NCBI GenBank assembly: GCA_964496805.1
Contig: CAZCBM010000003.1
Coordinates: 1 to 32,394 of the forward strand
Source: an uncultured Rhodospirillales bacterium
Lineage (GTDB): Bacteria > Pseudomonadota > Alphaproteobacteria > CAZCBM01
Length of the DNA: 32,394 nt
Direction of reading: 5' to 3'
Part shown: piece after piece, positions 1 to 7,571 of the stretch
Position numbering within the stretch: position 1 is the first letter of the stretch
Layout of the letters: every line of letters starts with the position of its first letter
Program-made: the position numbers and the translations under genes
Notes under the pieces: generated by a model
Databases searched by the model: none
What the model was told of the DNA's origin: nothing
The model's input: the letters and a program-made list of their open reading frames with translations, nothing else

Positions 1-1
1 G

Positions 2-646
2 TTGTACACACCACGGCGCATCCGCGATGCGTTCACCCCGCCGCGTCCTGCTGGTTGCGTCAGTGCGGCCTGCGATCCGTGCAGCCATTGCCGATCAGGC
101 TATGCCCATCCGACCTATCCCACCTATGCCCATGGGAGCGCGGTGGAAGTAATCGACACCCACCCTCAGGACCAAACGACCATTGGCTATGCGCGGTTGC
201 CCCACAGTGCGGAGGGCGGTTTCGCCATCGTCATCGACAAGCGCCGCATCGAAGATGTCAGCGTCGGCGGCCGTCGCCACACCCACTATCGCTACTCCCT
301 GCAGATCCCCGGAGGAAGGCTGGCGCTGGTCTCCACGGACACCGCCCCCATCGTCGGGGAGTGCGTCAGCTATGATGCCCAACCGCTCTCAGCCCGCTTG
401 CGGGTGGTGCCGGGGCGGCAGTGCCCGGTGAACGCACCCGTGCAGAGCCACGACCGCTTCGTTCCTGCGACGTATCAACAGAGCATAACGGTGGGCGCCA
501 TCGGCCCCGGACCCTATTTGGGGCATGGAAGCTACGGCGGTTGCCAGGGGGCGGTTAGTCAGGCGCTTTCCACCCATCAGGCCGGCATGGGCCGCACCCG
601 TGCCATGGAGCAGGCCAGTTACGTCTGCGCCTTGCACGGCGGCTGA
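2..646 (+). CDS. hypothetical protein, probably 5'-truncated by the window edge
   Basis: The frame is open from the first codon of the window to TGA at 644-646. Third positions are G/C-rich like neighbouring genes. An intrinsic terminator follows at 718-747. The protein is Cys/His/Gly-rich, and I recognise no family motif or TM segment. Confidence 0.45.
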   Translation: MYTPRRIRDAFTPPRPAGCVSAACDPCSHCRSGYAHPTYPTYAHGSAVEVIDTHPQDQTTIGYARLPHSAEGGFAIVIDKRRIEDVSVGGRRHTHYRYSLQIPGGRLALVSTDTAPIVGECVSYDAQPLSARLRVVPGRQCPVNAPVQSHDRFVPATYQQSITVGAIGPGPYLGHGSYGGCQGAVSQALSTHQAGMGRTRAMEQASYVCALHGG

Positions 647-717
647 TCTGCCTTGCCCGACGGTCCGGGCACAGGAGATCCGGGCCCAGCAGGGCGCTAC
701 CCCTTGTGGACAACCCT

Positions 718-747
718 CTGCCCCCCTTTGTGGGGCAGGGGGTTTTT
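718..747 (+). terminator. rho-independent terminator after the first ORF
   Basis: Stem CTGCCCC (718-724) pairs with GGGGCAG (732-738) around a 7-nt loop, followed by GGGGTTTTT (739-747). Confidence 0.6.
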
Positions 748-772
748 CGTGGACCGAAGGCGCAGGTGCGGC

Positions 773-801
773 TTGATTTGCGCATAAAACATAGTTAAAT
801 G
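773..801 (+). promoter_or_regulatory. candidate sigma70-type promoter for the cysteine-synthase-like gene
   Basis: This is the most AT-rich stretch of the window. TTGATT (773-778) is followed by a 17-nt spacer and TAAATG (796-801), about 90 nt upstream of the ATG at 892. The -10 match is weak. Confidence 0.25.
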
Positions 802-891
802 AGAAAATATACATCTTTGCGCTGGGCAACGGTTCCGCACCCCCTATCTCCGCGGTACCCACCAGCCTCTCCTCTGCGAAAGAACGCTTCC

Positions 892-1956
892 ATGGACATT
901 CGTGACGGCCTCATTGATGCCATCGGCAATACGCCCCTGATCCGCCTCCACGGCCCATCGGAGGAGACGGGATGCACGATCCTTGGCAAGGCCGAGTGGC
1001 TCAACCCAGGGGGCAGCGTCAAGGACCGGGCCGCGCTGGCGATTGTGGAGGCGGCTGAGGCCGATGGCTCCCTTCGTCCCGGGGGCACCATCGTGGAAGG
1101 CACCGCTGGCAACACGGGCATCGGGCTTGCCCATGTGGCCAATGCCAAGGGCTACCGCACCGTCATCGTGATCCCGGAAACCCAGAGCCAGGAGAAGAAG
1201 GACGCACTGGTTCAGGCGGGTGCGCGGCTGGTGCAGGTGCCGGCTCTGCCGTACAAGAACCCCAACAATTATATTCGCCTGTCTGAGCGTCTGGCGGCCC
1301 ATCTTGCAGCCACTGAGCCCAATGGCGCCATCTGGGCCAATCAGTTCGACAACACAGCCAACCGGGACGGCCACTACCGCACGACGGGGCCGGAAATCTG
1401 GCAGCAGACCGGCGGCAGGATTGATGCCTTCACCTGCGCGGTGGGGACCGGTGGAACCCTGGCCGGTGTCGCCCAGGCCCTTAAGGAACGGGACCCGTCG
1501 ATCCAGATCGTTCTGGCCGACCCCCATGGGGCAGCCATGTACAGTTGGGTCAAGACAGGTCAGTTGGCATCCGAAGGGTCAAGCATTACGGAGGGGATTG
1601 GGCAGGGACGGGTCACCGCCAACATCGCTGATGCGCCCATCGATGACGCCCTGCGGATCAGCGATACCGACGCGCTGAAGGTGTTGTATCGCCTGATTGA
1701 GACCGATGGGATCATGCTGGGCGGCTCCGGCGCGTTAAACGTTGCCGCCGCCATGCAGGTGGCGCGAAACCTGGGGCCGGGCAAGACCATTGTGACGATC
1801 CTCTGTGATCATGCCTCTCGGTATCAGTCCAAGCTGTTTAATCTGGAGTTTTTGCGCGCCAAGGGGCTGCCCACCCCCGGCTGGCTGACGGCGCATGATC
1901 CGGCGGAGACCCGATCCTGGTTGGAGGCCGTGCGGGAAGTCCCGGTCGAGGCCTAG
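892..1956 (+). CDS. PLP-dependent cysteine synthase / cystathionine beta-synthase family enzyme (no Bateman domain)
   Basis: Motifs NPGGSVKDRAA (PLP lysine) and EGTAGNTGIGLA (Asn loop), with fold-type II PLP architecture throughout. I moved the start from the track's 799 to the ATG at 892 (MDIRDGLIDAIGNTPLIRL), because the 31 upstream residues are Pro/Arg-rich non-homologous sequence in the AT-rich promoter region. Confidence 0.85.
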   Translation: MDIRDGLIDAIGNTPLIRLHGPSEETGCTILGKAEWLNPGGSVKDRAALAIVEAAEADGSLRPGGTIVEGTAGNTGIGLAHVANAKGYRTVIVIPETQSQEKKDALVQAGARLVQVPALPYKNPNNYIRLSERLAAHLAATEPNGAIWANQFDNTANRDGHYRTTGPEIWQQTGGRIDAFTCAVGTGGTLAGVAQALKERDPSIQIVLADPHGAAMYSWVKTGQLASEGSSITEGIGQGRVTANIADAPIDDALRISDTDALKVLYRLIETDGIMLGGSGALNVAAAMQVARNLGPGKTIVTILCDHASRYQSKLFNLEFLRAKGLPTPGWLTAHDPAETRSWLEAVREVPVEA

Positions 1957-2123
1957 TGCCTTTCCGATGCTCGGACATCTCCTCGCAGCGGGTTCCTTTT
2001 TGGGTATCACGGCCGTCGCCCCGGCCGGATCACCTGTGCTATGGCACCGGTCGTGACCGTCGTGCGTGGCCCCTGATCTGATGGAGGGGCCAGCCGGACC
2101 CCGAGGATGAAGGTGAGACCCCG

Positions 2124-2981
2124 ATGCTTGATGCGCTGATTTCCACCGCCGAGCTAAACGACATGCTGGGCACACCGGAACTGCGTCTGCTGGACGCCCG
2201 GCTCTATGTCCCTGGCATGGGGCGCGATGGCAATGCCGAGTACCGGGAGGCGCACATCAACGGCGCCATCCGCTATGACTTGGATGAATTCTCCGATCGG
2301 GAGAGTCGCTATCCTCACATGCTGCCCAGCGCGGAGAGCCAAGCCTTTATTCTGGGGCGCTTGGGGGTGGCATCTGACCATGATGTGGTCATCTATGACA
2401 CCATCCCGGGTCTGGGGGCCATGCGCCTGTGGTGGCAGATGAAGGGTCTGGGGCACAAGTCTGTGGCTGTGCTGGATGGTGGTTACGAGAAATGGGTGGC
2501 CGAAGACCGCCCCGTCGATGACTTCCCTGCCACGGCCCGACCCACGGACTATGTGCTGCCCCTTCGCCCGGGTCCGGAGGTCTTCGTTGATCTCAGCGAC
2601 GTGCAAATCGCCCTCAGCACCGGCAACGCTCAGGTGGTGGATGTTCGTCCGGCGGATCGCTTTTCCGGCGCCATCAAAGAGCCGCGGCCGGAATGCCGGT
2701 CCGGCCACATCCCGGGCAGCCGCAACGTCCCCTTCGTGGAGATCTTTCAGCCGGATGGTACGGTGGCGCCAGCCGATGTCATCGGCCGCAGCCTTACCGC
2801 CGCAGGGGTGGACCCGGGGCAGCCCATGATCCTGAGCTGCGGCAGCGGCGTTTCGGCTGCCGCGGTGGCCTTTGGTTTGCACGTCAAGATGGGCCTGTCC
2901 AGCGTGCGGGTCTATGATGCAAGCTGGTCGGAATGGGGCAGCCGTGAGGACCTGCCCCTGGAAACGGGCCCTGCGGCTTAG
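2124..2981 (+). CDS. sseA: 3-mercaptopyruvate / thiosulfate sulfurtransferase (tandem rhodanese)
   Basis: 285 aa with a two-rhodanese-domain layout. The active-site loop CGSGVSAA sits in the C-terminal domain, followed by SWSEWG. A GAAGGTGAG RBS precedes the ATG. Confidence 0.85.
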   Translation: MLDALISTAELNDMLGTPELRLLDARLYVPGMGRDGNAEYREAHINGAIRYDLDEFSDRESRYPHMLPSAESQAFILGRLGVASDHDVVIYDTIPGLGAMRLWWQMKGLGHKSVAVLDGGYEKWVAEDRPVDDFPATARPTDYVLPLRPGPEVFVDLSDVQIALSTGNAQVVDVRPADRFSGAIKEPRPECRSGHIPGSRNVPFVEIFQPDGTVAPADVIGRSLTAAGVDPGQPMILSCGSGVSAAAVAFGLHVKMGLSSVRVYDASWSEWGSREDLPLETGPAA

Positions 2982-3082
2982 GGAAAAAAGCTCAAGCCTA
3001 TGGTGGGCGCTTGCGGTGGTGTCTTCCGGGCTGGCCCATGGTCGTTTTGGGCTCTGACGGCCTGTGAGGGAGGGAGATTATC

Positions 3083-3916
3083 ATGAGAGGCTTTCGGCGG
3101 AACCGGGGGGCTACCGCCCTGACTTATGGGTTGGTTGTCGGGCTTGTGGCCGTGGCCGGCCTTTCGGCCGTGACCCGGATGGGGGATGCGATCGGCACCA
3201 ATTTCACCAATGTCTCCAGTACCTTGACCGATGCCGCAGAGCGTGGCGGCGGGTCCGTGGCCACCCTACCCACACCCACACCGATCCCGGAGATCATCGG
3301 CACAAGCTGTGCGGACGGGCTCAGCAACTATCCGAGCCTTCAGGACCAGGATGGGGTGTACACGGTGGACATGACCGGTGGGGACGACAGTGATGCCGAG
3401 CAGGTCTGGTGCGACATGACCTCAGAGGGCGGAGGCTGGACCTATCTTTGGGCAGCCCCATCGACAGGGCTCAGCGAGCCTGCGCTTGGCGCCAGTATCA
3501 GCTATGCCGGGACCGGCTCTTCCGGGTGCCTCAGCACGCGTGTGATCAGCAATACGGAAAGCGATTTCCAGTATTTCTATGCTTACAACTGTGCTGCTGC
3601 CCGTGCGCAGCTCACCTTCACTTGGTCCAATCCCATTGCCGCAACAGAGGTCCGGTTCGCGGCCGTCGCTGGGGGGAATAATCGGCTGTTGCGGTTGAAC
3701 GGCACCAACGTTCAACAGCTGAGCAGCGGCAAAGCCTACTTCTACAACGCCAACAGCTACAGCTGCAGCACCAACAATTGCTGGCGCAGCGCGATCACCA
3801 GTCAGGAGCCTCGCGCGGCGGCCTTCAGTGGCACATTGACTATTTTTACCCGTGGCGACGGTGACAACAACCAGTGGGGCGGATCCGGTGGGATCTGGCT
3901 TGTATCGGTGCGTTGA
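3083..3916 (+). CDS. Flp/Fap-type prepilin-like N-terminus fused to a secreted Cys-containing fibrinogen-like (CDMxxxGGGW) domain protein
   Basis: A strong RBS (GGGAGGGAG) lies 6 nt upstream of the ATG. The N-terminus MRGFRRNRGATALTYGLVVGLVAVAGLSAVTRMGDAIGTNFTNV matches the Flp pilin core. A Pro/Thr linker follows, then DGVYTV...VWCDMTSEGGGWTYLW. There are six Cys. GC is lower than in neighbouring genes (lines 3541-3600 and 3721-3780 are 43% and 53% GC by my count). Confidence 0.75.
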   Translation: MRGFRRNRGATALTYGLVVGLVAVAGLSAVTRMGDAIGTNFTNVSSTLTDAAERGGGSVATLPTPTPIPEIIGTSCADGLSNYPSLQDQDGVYTVDMTGGDDSDAEQVWCDMTSEGGGWTYLWAAPSTGLSEPALGASISYAGTGSSGCLSTRVISNTESDFQYFYAYNCAAARAQLTFTWSNPIAATEVRFAAVAGGNNRLLRLNGTNVQQLSSGKAYFYNANSYSCSTNNCWRSAITSQEPRAAAFSGTLTIFTRGDGDNNQWGGSGGIWLVSVR

Positions 3917-4171
3917 CCGGCGCACCGTTTGCCCGGTGGGTGGTGTCCATCTGCGTCTACTCCCACCCCGTGAGCCGTGCCTGCCGATGCTAAGGTTTAG
4001 AAGAGCGCCAGTGGGCCGGAGCGAATGGTCCTCCGACATTGGCGATAGCTCTCAAAGCTGTCTACGATGGCCCAGCGAACCCACCGAAGCAGCGCGACGC
4101 CGCCGCCAATCGCTCGCGTTGCTTCAGGGGGGCCGATCATCCTTCCTCCCTTGCCTTGTGTTGGCTGCCCC

Positions 4172-5368
4172 ATGACCTCCGACCGCTCCCGTCACAAGCC
4201 GGCCACCCGGGCTGCGCACATCGCCCGCCCTCGCGACCTCACCCAGGGTTTGGTCAATCCGGGGGTTTTCCGGGGCTCCACTGTTGTCTTTGAGGACTCT
4301 CAGGCGCTCAAAACCCCGCCGACGCTGGGCGGCAAGCGCTATGGTTACGGGCGACAGGGAACCGCCAATGCCCGATTGTTGGAGGAGGCGCTGACGGATC
4401 TGGAGGGTGGGCACGACTGCCAGGTGGCCGGAAATGGGGTCCAGATCATTGCCACTGTGCTGCAAGCGTTTCTCGCCTCAGGCGATCAAGTCCTGCTGCC
4501 GGACAATGTCTATGTTTCCTCCCGCACCTTTGCGTCGAAGTTTCTGGCCCCCCGTGGAATCCAGGTCACCTACTACAACAGTCAGGACCCGGATCATCTG
4601 GCCCATGTGGCGACGGACCGGGCGCGGCTGCTGGTGCTGGAGGCGCCAGGCTCCATGACCTTTGAGGTCCCCGAGTTGTCGGCGCTGATCGCCTTCGCGC
4701 ACAAACGCGGGCTGGTGACCATGTTGGATAACACCTGGGCAACGCCGCTGTTCCTGCGGCCCTTGGACCTGGGGGTTGATATCAGCGTCCATGCGGGAAC
4801 GAAGTACATCGTCGGCCACTCCGATGCCTTCATGGGCGCGGCCATCTGCAATCGACAGACCTGGGATCAGGTCAACCAGACCGCCATTCTGACGGGCGCC
4901 ATTGCCAGCCCTGACGATTGCTGGCTGGCCCTGCGCGGGGTGCGGACCATGGTCACACGGGTGGAGCAGCATCAGCGCGCGGCGCTGGCGGTGGCCCGGT
5001 GGTTGGAGGACACGCAGCCGGAGGTGGTGCAGGTGCTGCATCCAGGGCTGCCGAGCCATCCGGATCATGATCGCTGGAAACGCTATTTCACCGGATCCAC
5101 CGGCCTGTTCAGTATGATCCTGGAGGGGCATGATCCCGCCGCCACGGCAGCTTTCGTGGATGGGTTGGACTTGTTTGGCATCGGCTATAGCTGGGGCGGA
5201 TACGAGAGCTTGGCGCTGCCCAGCGATCCCACGGCGATCCGCACCACCACGGGCTGGCAAGCGCCAGGGGATCTGGTGCGCCTGCACATCGGCCTGGAGG
5301 CGGTGGAGGATCTTCAAGAGGACCTGGCAGCAGGGCTCGACCGACGCCGACAGCAGCGTCAGGGCTGA
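4172..5368 (+). CDS. metC: cystathionine beta-lyase (Cys/Met-metabolism PLP enzyme)
   Basis: The family motif VHAGTKYIVGHSD (PLP lysine) is present, with MetC-like length (398 aa) from the ATG at 4172 (MTSDRSRHKPATR...). The track start at 4067 adds 35 Pro-rich non-homologous residues. Confidence 0.85.
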   Translation: MTSDRSRHKPATRAAHIARPRDLTQGLVNPGVFRGSTVVFEDSQALKTPPTLGGKRYGYGRQGTANARLLEEALTDLEGGHDCQVAGNGVQIIATVLQAFLASGDQVLLPDNVYVSSRTFASKFLAPRGIQVTYYNSQDPDHLAHVATDRARLLVLEAPGSMTFEVPELSALIAFAHKRGLVTMLDNTWATPLFLRPLDLGVDISVHAGTKYIVGHSDAFMGAAICNRQTWDQVNQTAILTGAIASPDDCWLALRGVRTMVTRVEQHQRAALAVARWLEDTQPEVVQVLHPGLPSHPDHDRWKRYFTGSTGLFSMILEGHDPAATAAFVDGLDLFGIGYSWGGYESLALPSDPTAIRTTTGWQAPGDLVRLHIGLEAVEDLQEDLAAGLDRRRQQRQG

Positions 5369-5456
5369 TCCACCACCGCAGAGGATACCCGTTTGGTTGC
5401 GGTGCCTGTCCTGCATAGCTCTCGAGCCCGTTTCGGTGAGATAGAGTCCACTCCAG

Positions 5457-5523
5457 CCCCGCGCGCCCACCCGGCCACCCATTGGTGCGATACTGGCGTG
5501 GGTGGCCGGGTGGGGGCGCGGGG
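5457..5523. repeat. GC-rich palindromic element (25-nt arms, 17-nt loop) between convergent genes
   Basis: The left arm ccccgcgcgcccacccggccaccca (5457-5481) pairs with the right arm tgggtggccgggtgggggcgcgggg (5499-5523) at 24 of 25 positions. There is no U-tract. A diverged second copy lies at 25532-25582. Confidence 0.7.
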
Positions 5524-5576
5524 TGGTCAAGGTAGGTGGGACAGGTTCTGGTGGTCGCTCGCTGCTCCACCACCCT

Positions 5577-5602
5577 GGGCGGCTGGTGTTTCGCCGCCCT
5601 TT
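5577..5602 (+). terminator. candidate terminator hairpin downstream of metC
   Basis: GGGCGGC (5577-5583) pairs with GCCGCCC (5593-5599) around a 9-nt loop, followed by TTT. The T-run is short. It lies just before the stop of the convergent ligase gene. Confidence 0.35.
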
Positions 5603-5605
5603 ACC

Positions 5606-7228
5606 CTACCCCTCAGCCACCTGCTGACGCAGGATGTGCTTTTGGACCTTGCCTGTGACAGTCTTGGCAATGGGTTCAAACCGGACTTCTGTGGGGCACT
5701 TGTAATGGGCGATGCTGGCACGGCAGTGGGCGATCAGATCCTCTGCTGTGGGTGCCGCGACCCCTTCTGCCAATTCCACAAACGCCACCGGTGTTTCGCC
5801 CCACTTAGGGTGGGGCTTCGCCACCACGGCGCAACTGGCCACCGCAGGGTGGGTGTAGAGGGCGTCCTCCACCTCGATGCTCGAAATATTCTCCCCGCCG
5901 GAGATGATAATGTCCTTCGACCGATCCCGAAGTTGGACATAGCCATCGGGATGGACGACGGCGAGGTCGCCGGTATGGAACCAGCCACCGGCAAAGGCTT
6001 TGTCAGTGGCGTCGCCGTCCTTGAGATATCCCTTCATGACCATATTGCCCTGCATCATCACCTCCCCCAGGGTTTCCCCATCGGCAGGCACGGGCAGCAT
6101 TGTGTCAGGGTCCGCCACCATCACCCCTTCCTGGGTGGGATAGGCAATGCCCTGGCGGGATTTCTTTTCTGCCTGCTGAGGGATCGGCAGGGCATCCCAT
6201 GCCTGATGCCACGCGCACACCATCGCGGGGCCGTAGACCTCTGTCAGCCCATAGGTGTGGGTGACGCTGATGCCTTTCTCGGCCATGGCCGCCAGGACGC
6301 TGGCCGGCGGTGGCGCGGCTGCAGTCATCATCTGCACCTTTTGATCGAAGGGCCGCGCCTCGGCTGTGGAAGCATTCAGGATCATCTGCATGACGATGGG
6401 CGCCCCACACAGGTGGGTCACCCCATGGTCGGCGAAAGCGTCATAGATGGGCTTGGGCGCCACCTTGCGCAGGCCCACATGGGTGCCGCCAAGGGCAGTG
6501 ATGGTCCACGGGAAGCACCAGCCGCTGCAATGAAACATCGGCAGCGTCCACAGATAGGTGGGCTGCAAGCCCATGCCGCCCCAGGCCAAAACGTTGCCCA
6601 CCGCGGTCAGATAGGCACCGCGGTGACTGTACAGCACTCCCTTGGGTCGGGCGGTGGTGCCGGAGGTGTAGTTGAGCGTCAGCGGGGCCCACTCGTCCTC
6701 CGGCAGGGACCACGCAAAATCAGGATCGCCTGCCGCCAGCAGGTCCTCATACTCGCAGTCCCCAAGCCGTTCGCCACCGGGGCCCACCGGATCGTCGATG
6801 TCGATCACAGGCGGTGGATTGTCCAGACGGGCCAGAGCCTCCTTCACAAGGGGCGCATGCTCGGTATCGCTCAGCAGCAGCTTTGCCTCGCCATGCTCCA
6901 GGATGGTGGCCACCATGCCAGGGTCCAGGCGGGTATTGATGGGGTTCAGGATGGCTCCCAGCATGGGAACACCGTGCAGCGCCTCCCACATGGCCGGGAT
7001 GTTTGGTGCCAGGATCGCCACCACATCGCCCTTGTGGATCCCACGCTGCCCCAAGGCCGAGGCCAGGCGCCGACAGCGGGCATAGACCTCAGACCAGGTG
7101 TGCCGGACGGGGCCATGGATGAAGGCCGGATGATCCGGATAGCCGAGGGCCGCTCGGGGGAGGAAGCTGAGCGGAGAGAGCGGCGCGTGGTTGGCTTCGG
7201 TGCGGGGCAGGGGATCAGGCTGGGTCAT
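5606..7228 (-). CDS. AMP-dependent acyl-CoA synthetase (medium/short-chain type)
   Basis: Adenylate-forming motifs are intact: YTSGTTARPKGV (A3), YGLTE, HTGD...RSKDIIISGGENISSIEVE (A7/A8) and KTVTGKVQK (A10). The N-terminus ANHAPLSPLSFLPRAA is typical of this subfamily. No SD sequence precedes the ATG. Confidence 0.9.
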   Translation of the reverse strand: MTQPDPLPRTEANHAPLSPLSFLPRAALGYPDHPAFIHGPVRHTWSEVYARCRRLASALGQRGIHKGDVVAILAPNIPAMWEALHGVPMLGAILNPINTRLDPGMVATILEHGEAKLLLSDTEHAPLVKEALARLDNPPPVIDIDDPVGPGGERLGDCEYEDLLAAGDPDFAWSLPEDEWAPLTLNYTSGTTARPKGVLYSHRGAYLTAVGNVLAWGGMGLQPTYLWTLPMFHCSGWCFPWTITALGGTHVGLRKVAPKPIYDAFADHGVTHLCGAPIVMQMILNASTAEARPFDQKVQMMTAAAPPPASVLAAMAEKGISVTHTYGLTEVYGPAMVCAWHQAWDALPIPQQAEKKSRQGIAYPTQEGVMVADPDTMLPVPADGETLGEVMMQGNMVMKGYLKDGDATDKAFAGGWFHTGDLAVVHPDGYVQLRDRSKDIIISGGENISSIEVEDALYTHPAVASCAVVAKPHPKWGETPVAFVELAEGVAAPTAEDLIAHCRASIAHYKCPTEVRFEPIAKTVTGKVQKHILRQQVAEG

Positions 7229-7458
7229 GGGGCAGTGGGTGGCATGTCAAAGGGTGGGGTGGGAGAGCGATAGGGCAGTGCGGCGATCGTGACCTGCTGG
7301 CTCGGCGACAAACAGAAGGGGGAAGGGTCGGGCCACCTGGATCGCAGACCGCGCCAGCCCCACCAGGAGGGGCAACGGAGCCTTCTGAGGAGCGAACGTT
7401 AGCGACCATGGAGGATGCCTCACGGATGCCCGCGGGACAAAGGGCTGCTGCACATCAG

Positions 7459-7468
7459 ATTGTACAAT
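7459..7468. promoter_or_regulatory. perfect 10-bp palindrome ATTGTACAAT in the 343-bp gap inside the liu gene string (candidate operator or promoter element)
   Basis: Read directly. It is flanked by two CATCTGGA direct repeats (7476-7483 and 7490-7497) and lies in a locally AT-richer patch. Confidence 0.25.
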
Positions 7469-7571
7469 GATGGGGCATCTGGAATGGGCCATCTGGATCA
7501 AGGCCCGCTATCCCTCTTCACCCTTTCCCCTATGGTTGCGTCCCCCATTCATCCCCGTCGGTCCGGTGATT

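Noticed and set aside
799-891. N-terminal extensions in the ORF track: 799-891, 4067-4171, 13021-13035, 18521-18640, 28328-28375 and 28532-28561.
   Set aside because: The extensions are Pro/Arg/Ser-rich, lack homology to the family N-termini, run through promoter or RBS regions, or would bury a clear signal peptide. Internal ATGs with good Shine-Dalgarno sequences give family-typical N-termini.
4040-4062. A possible SAM-II-type riboswitch upstream of metC, based on GCGATAGCTCTCAAAGCTG, which contains the AAAGCU-like box.
   Set aside because: There is only a short motif resemblance. I cannot draw the required P1 helix and pseudoknot. The box lies about 110 nt from the start codon instead of overlapping the RBS. 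A covariance-model scan (Rfam SAM-II, SAM-V, SAM-SAH) would be needed.
7229-7260. TTGACA 16 nt upstream of the ligase ATG at 7228 as a promoter -35 box (leaderless transcript).
   Set aside because: There is no acceptable -10 element at the right spacing, because the -10 would overlap the ATG. The evidence is insufficient.
5393-7273. Very long antisense ORFs opposite real genes. These include 5393-7273 (+, 626 aa), 7467-8510 (+), 9221-10882 (+, 553 aa), 13176-14264 (+), 15431-16438 (+), 17141-18610 (+, 489 aa), 18643-19773 (+), 21496-22971 (+, 491 aa), 24286-25260 (+), 28508-30241 (-, 577 aa) and 31028-32305 (-, 425 aa).
   Set aside because: These are typical high-GC shadow frames. Their translations are Arg/Gly/Pro/His/Ala-rich low-complexity strings with no recognisable motifs. 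In every case the opposite strand encodes a full-length protein with multiple canonical family motifs.
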